Shown in pieces: positions 61,750-64,000 of a stretch of 64,000 nt of DNA. Below the pieces are notes generated by a model. That model was not told where the DNA came from. It worked only from the letters and a program-made list of their open reading frames with translations, and searched no databases. Source of the DNA: an uncultured Candidatus Rokubacteria bacterium (GTDB taxonomy: Bacteria; Methylomirabilota; Methylomirabilia; Rokubacteriales; DASRDR01); contig CAWGVS010000005.1 in the NCBI GenBank assembly GCA_963826115.1, forward strand, positions 736,001-800,000. Direction: 5' to 3'. A program made the translations under genes and the position numbers. Every line of letters starts with the position of its first letter. The stretch's first letter is position 1.

Positions 61750-61753
61750 GCGG

Positions 61754-62254
61754 TCAGCGTCTCTTCGAGCCGCCGGTCAGGAGCCCGAGGAACATCCCGA
61801 CCGCGCCGGGAATCCCGGCGAGCATCAGCAGGAGCCCGCCGAACCGCGCGAGCCAGCTCAGGCCGTCACCGGGTTTCTGGCCGAGGGCCAGGCCCGGGAC
61901 GAGCCGCGTCACGACGGGATCGACCGACAGGAGGATCGGCTGCCCCACGTCGGGCACCGCCGCGGCGAGCAGGAGGGCGTAGACGGACAGGAATATCCCG
62001 GGCGAAGCGAGCTTGAGCCAGAGGGGCCCCTCGTCCATGAACGTGTCGCGCAGGAGCATCAGCATGCCGATCGGCGTCACGACGAACGTCAGGAGCGCGT
62101 AGACGGTCTGGCGGACGTCCGAGCTGACGGCCTGGTCGATGTAGGGCGCCAGCTCCCCCGGGCTCTCGAGCCCGACCATCAGCCAGAGCCCGATCACCCC
62201 GACGACCCAGAGCAGGCCCAGTCCGACGCAGAGACGTCCCAGCCGCTCGAGCAT
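61754..62254 (-). CDS. Hypothetical membrane protein
   Basis: About 4 hydrophobic segments, in operon context. Confidence 0.7.
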   Translation of the reverse strand: MLERLGRLCVGLGLLWVVGVIGLWLMVGLESPGELAPYIDQAVSSDVRQTVYALLTFVVTPIGMLMLLRDTFMDEGPLWLKLASPGIFLSVYALLLAAAVPDVGQPILLSVDPVVTRLVPGLALGQKPGDGLSWLARFGGLLLMLAGIPGAVGMFLGLLTGGSKRR

Positions 62255-62260
62255 CGGAGG

Positions 62261-63235
62261 CTAGCGCCGCGTCCCGTCGCCCGACCCGCTCGCGGGGGCC
62301 TGGAGCTGGACGAACGGGACGGCGCCGCTTCCGAACGTGGTCTGGGGCAGACGCCCGTCCCACTTCGAGAGGTACTGCTGCTGGATCAGGGGCTGGGTCA
62401 GCGAGGCGGCGACCCGCGCGTTGTAGGTCGCCTCGGCCTCGCCCTTGATCCGGGTGGCGTCGGCGACCCCCTTGGCCTCCTCGCGGGCGGCGTCGCCGCG
62501 CCCCTTGGCGGCGGCCGCGATGATCTCGGCCTGGCGCTGGGCCTGGATGAGCTCGTAGCGCTTCTGCTCCGCCTTCTGTTCCTCGATCTGCTTCGCCTCG
62601 ATGGCCTTCTCGTAGTTCTGGTCGAATCGGATGTTCGCCAGCGACGCCTCCTTCAGCTCCACCCCGTACTTGGCGAGCCAGGTGGTGAGGTCGCGCTGGA
62701 TGTCGGCCTTGATCGCCGGCCGCCGGAGCAGGATCTCCGCCGCGTTGTGCGTCGCGGTGTTCGCTTTCAGGACCTCCTGGGCGGCCGGGTCGATGATCAC
62801 CGCCGAGTAGTCGAGGCCGATGGACTTGTACACCTCGGGGGCGCGGTCGGGATGGAGCCGGTAGTTCAGCACCATCTCGACGTGGACGGCCTGGAGGTCC
62901 TTCGACGCCGCGTCGTACCGCGCCGAGTGCTTCCCCACCCGCCCATCCATGACCACGATGTCGTAGAGTGGGTTCAGGACGACGTTCAGGCCCTCGCGGA
63001 GCGGCGCGGGGTCCACCTCCCCGAACAGCACCTTCACGCCCACGTGGCCCGCCGGGATGATCCGGAACACCGAGAAGAACAGGATGAGGGCCGGGACGCC
63101 GAGGGCCAGCAAGAGGACGATGCGCGGCCCGACCGTGCGGAGCGCGGGCGGGAGGCCCTCGTTGCGTCGGCGGAGGGCGCCGTGGATGACGAGCCCCGCG
63201 AGCAGGACGACGGCCGCGAAGACCAGCTTGCTCAT
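62261..63235 (-). CDS. Prohibitin/SPFH-domain protein
   Basis: IPAGHVGV..LFG, ASKDLQ, AIEAKQIEEQ and KWDGRLP. Confidence 0.9.
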   Translation of the reverse strand: MSKLVFAAVVLLAGLVIHGALRRRNEGLPPALRTVGPRIVLLLALGVPALILFFSVFRIIPAGHVGVKVLFGEVDPAPLREGLNVVLNPLYDIVVMDGRVGKHSARYDAASKDLQAVHVEMVLNYRLHPDRAPEVYKSIGLDYSAVIIDPAAQEVLKANTATHNAAEILLRRPAIKADIQRDLTTWLAKYGVELKEASLANIRFDQNYEKAIEAKQIEEQKAEQKRYELIQAQRQAEIIAAAAKGRGDAAREEAKGVADATRIKGEAEATYNARVAASLTQPLIQQQYLSKWDGRLPQTTFGSGAVPFVQLQAPASGSGDGTRR

Positions 63236-63266
63236 CCTTGGATCGCCTCCGGCTGCGTCTGGTTGC

Positions 63267-64000
63267 TCACTCCCACTCGATGGTGCTGGGGGGCTTCGAG
63301 GAGATGTCGTAGACGACGCGGTTCACGCCCTTGACCTCGTTGATGATCCGGGTCGAGATCCGGGCCAGGACGTCGTACGGGAGGCGGGCCCAGTCGGCCG
63401 TCATGGCGTCCTGGCTCACCACCGCCCGCAGGGCGACGACCTGCGCGTAGGTCCGGAAGTCGCCCATCACGCCGACCGTGCGCACCGGCAGGAGCACGGC
63501 GAACGCCTGCCAGAGGGACCGGCCGAGGCTCGCGGCCTCGATCTCCTCCTGGACGACGGCGTCGGCGCTCCGCACCACCTCGAGCCGCTCTTCGGTCACG
63601 TCGCCCAGGATGCGGACGGCGAGCCCGGGGCCGGGGAACGGCTGCCGCCAGACGATCTCCGGCGGAAGCCCGAGCACCTCGCCGAGGGCCCGTACCTCGT
63701 CCTTGAAGAGCTCCCGCAGTGGCTCCACCAGGGTGAAGCGGAGGTCCTTCGGCAGCCCTCCGACGTTGTGGTGCGTCTTGATCGTCGCCGACGGCCCCCG
63801 GAACGACGTGGACTCGATGACGTCCGGGTAGAGCGTGCCCTGGGCCAGGAACGGGATCGTGCCGAGCCGTTCGGCTTCCTCCTGGAACACGGCGATGAAC
63901 TCCGCGCCGATGATCTTGCGCTTCTGCTCGGGGTCGGCCACGCCCTGGAGGCGCTCCAGGAAGCGCTTGGCGGCGTCCACGTAGAGGAGCCGCATTCCGA
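63267..64000 (-). CDS. guaA: GMP synthase, C-terminal part (5' end outside window)
   Basis: [30 protein letters not shown] and [14 protein letters not shown]. Confidence 0.97.
   Translation of the reverse strand, partial: GMRLLYVDAAKRFLERLQGVADPEQKRKIIGAEFIAVFQEEAERLGTIPFLAQGTLYPDVIESTSFRGPSATIKTHHNVGGLPKDLRFTLVEPLRELFKDEVRALGEVLGLPPEIVWRQPFPGPGLAVRILGDVTEERLEVVRSADAVVQEEIEAASLGRSLWQAFAVLLPVRTVGVMGDFRTYAQVVALRAVVSQDAMTADWARLPYDVLARISTRIINEVKGVNRVVYDISSKPPSTIEWE

Noticed and set aside
58444-62016. Long antisense ORFs (1190 aa here; also 43857-46691, 46646-48793 and many other Arg/Pro/Gly-rich ORFs)
   Set aside because: Shadow frames of real genes, expected in very high-GC DNA.

Overview
Very GC-rich bacterial chromosome segment; the gene style suggests Ca. 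Rokubacteria/Methylomirabilota, but that is a guess. Positions 1-15.4 kb are housekeeping: mutL, miaA, hflX, a CsgG-family gene, a pgsA-like gene, DUF512, der, ihfA, merR, tRNA-Pro, surE, pcm, tRNA-Pro, acyP, nlpD and an rpoS-like sigma factor. An ~8.6 kb phage-satellite/tycheposon-like element is integrated in tRNA-Arg(CCT) at 15893-24506. It encodes a large serine recombinase, an HK97-type capsid protein, a P27-type small terminase, an iteron-containing replication protein, an Hjc-like nuclease, an XRE regulator and a putative HEPN protein, but no TerL, portal or tail genes. The main finding is that the att site splits the 3' end of the integrase gene. Integrated, the gene stops inside the tRNA (...LVPPG*). 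On excision it would gain a 21-aa tail ending LRRAA*, which resembles an ssrA/ClpXP degron. This tail/att module occurs twice, conserved as protein but diverged at synonymous sites, and brackets a 508-bp one-gene cassette. Further tRNA 3'-end copies and decayed genes indicate stacked older islands out to about 31-37 kb. The rest is core or metabolic: ilvE, mgtE, leuA with a Leu attenuator, USP, bactofilin, a solo PaaA-like gene, an enlarged FBP aldolase/phosphatase with a divergent SorC regulator, accA, dnaE and guaA. All calls are by eye; no searches were run.
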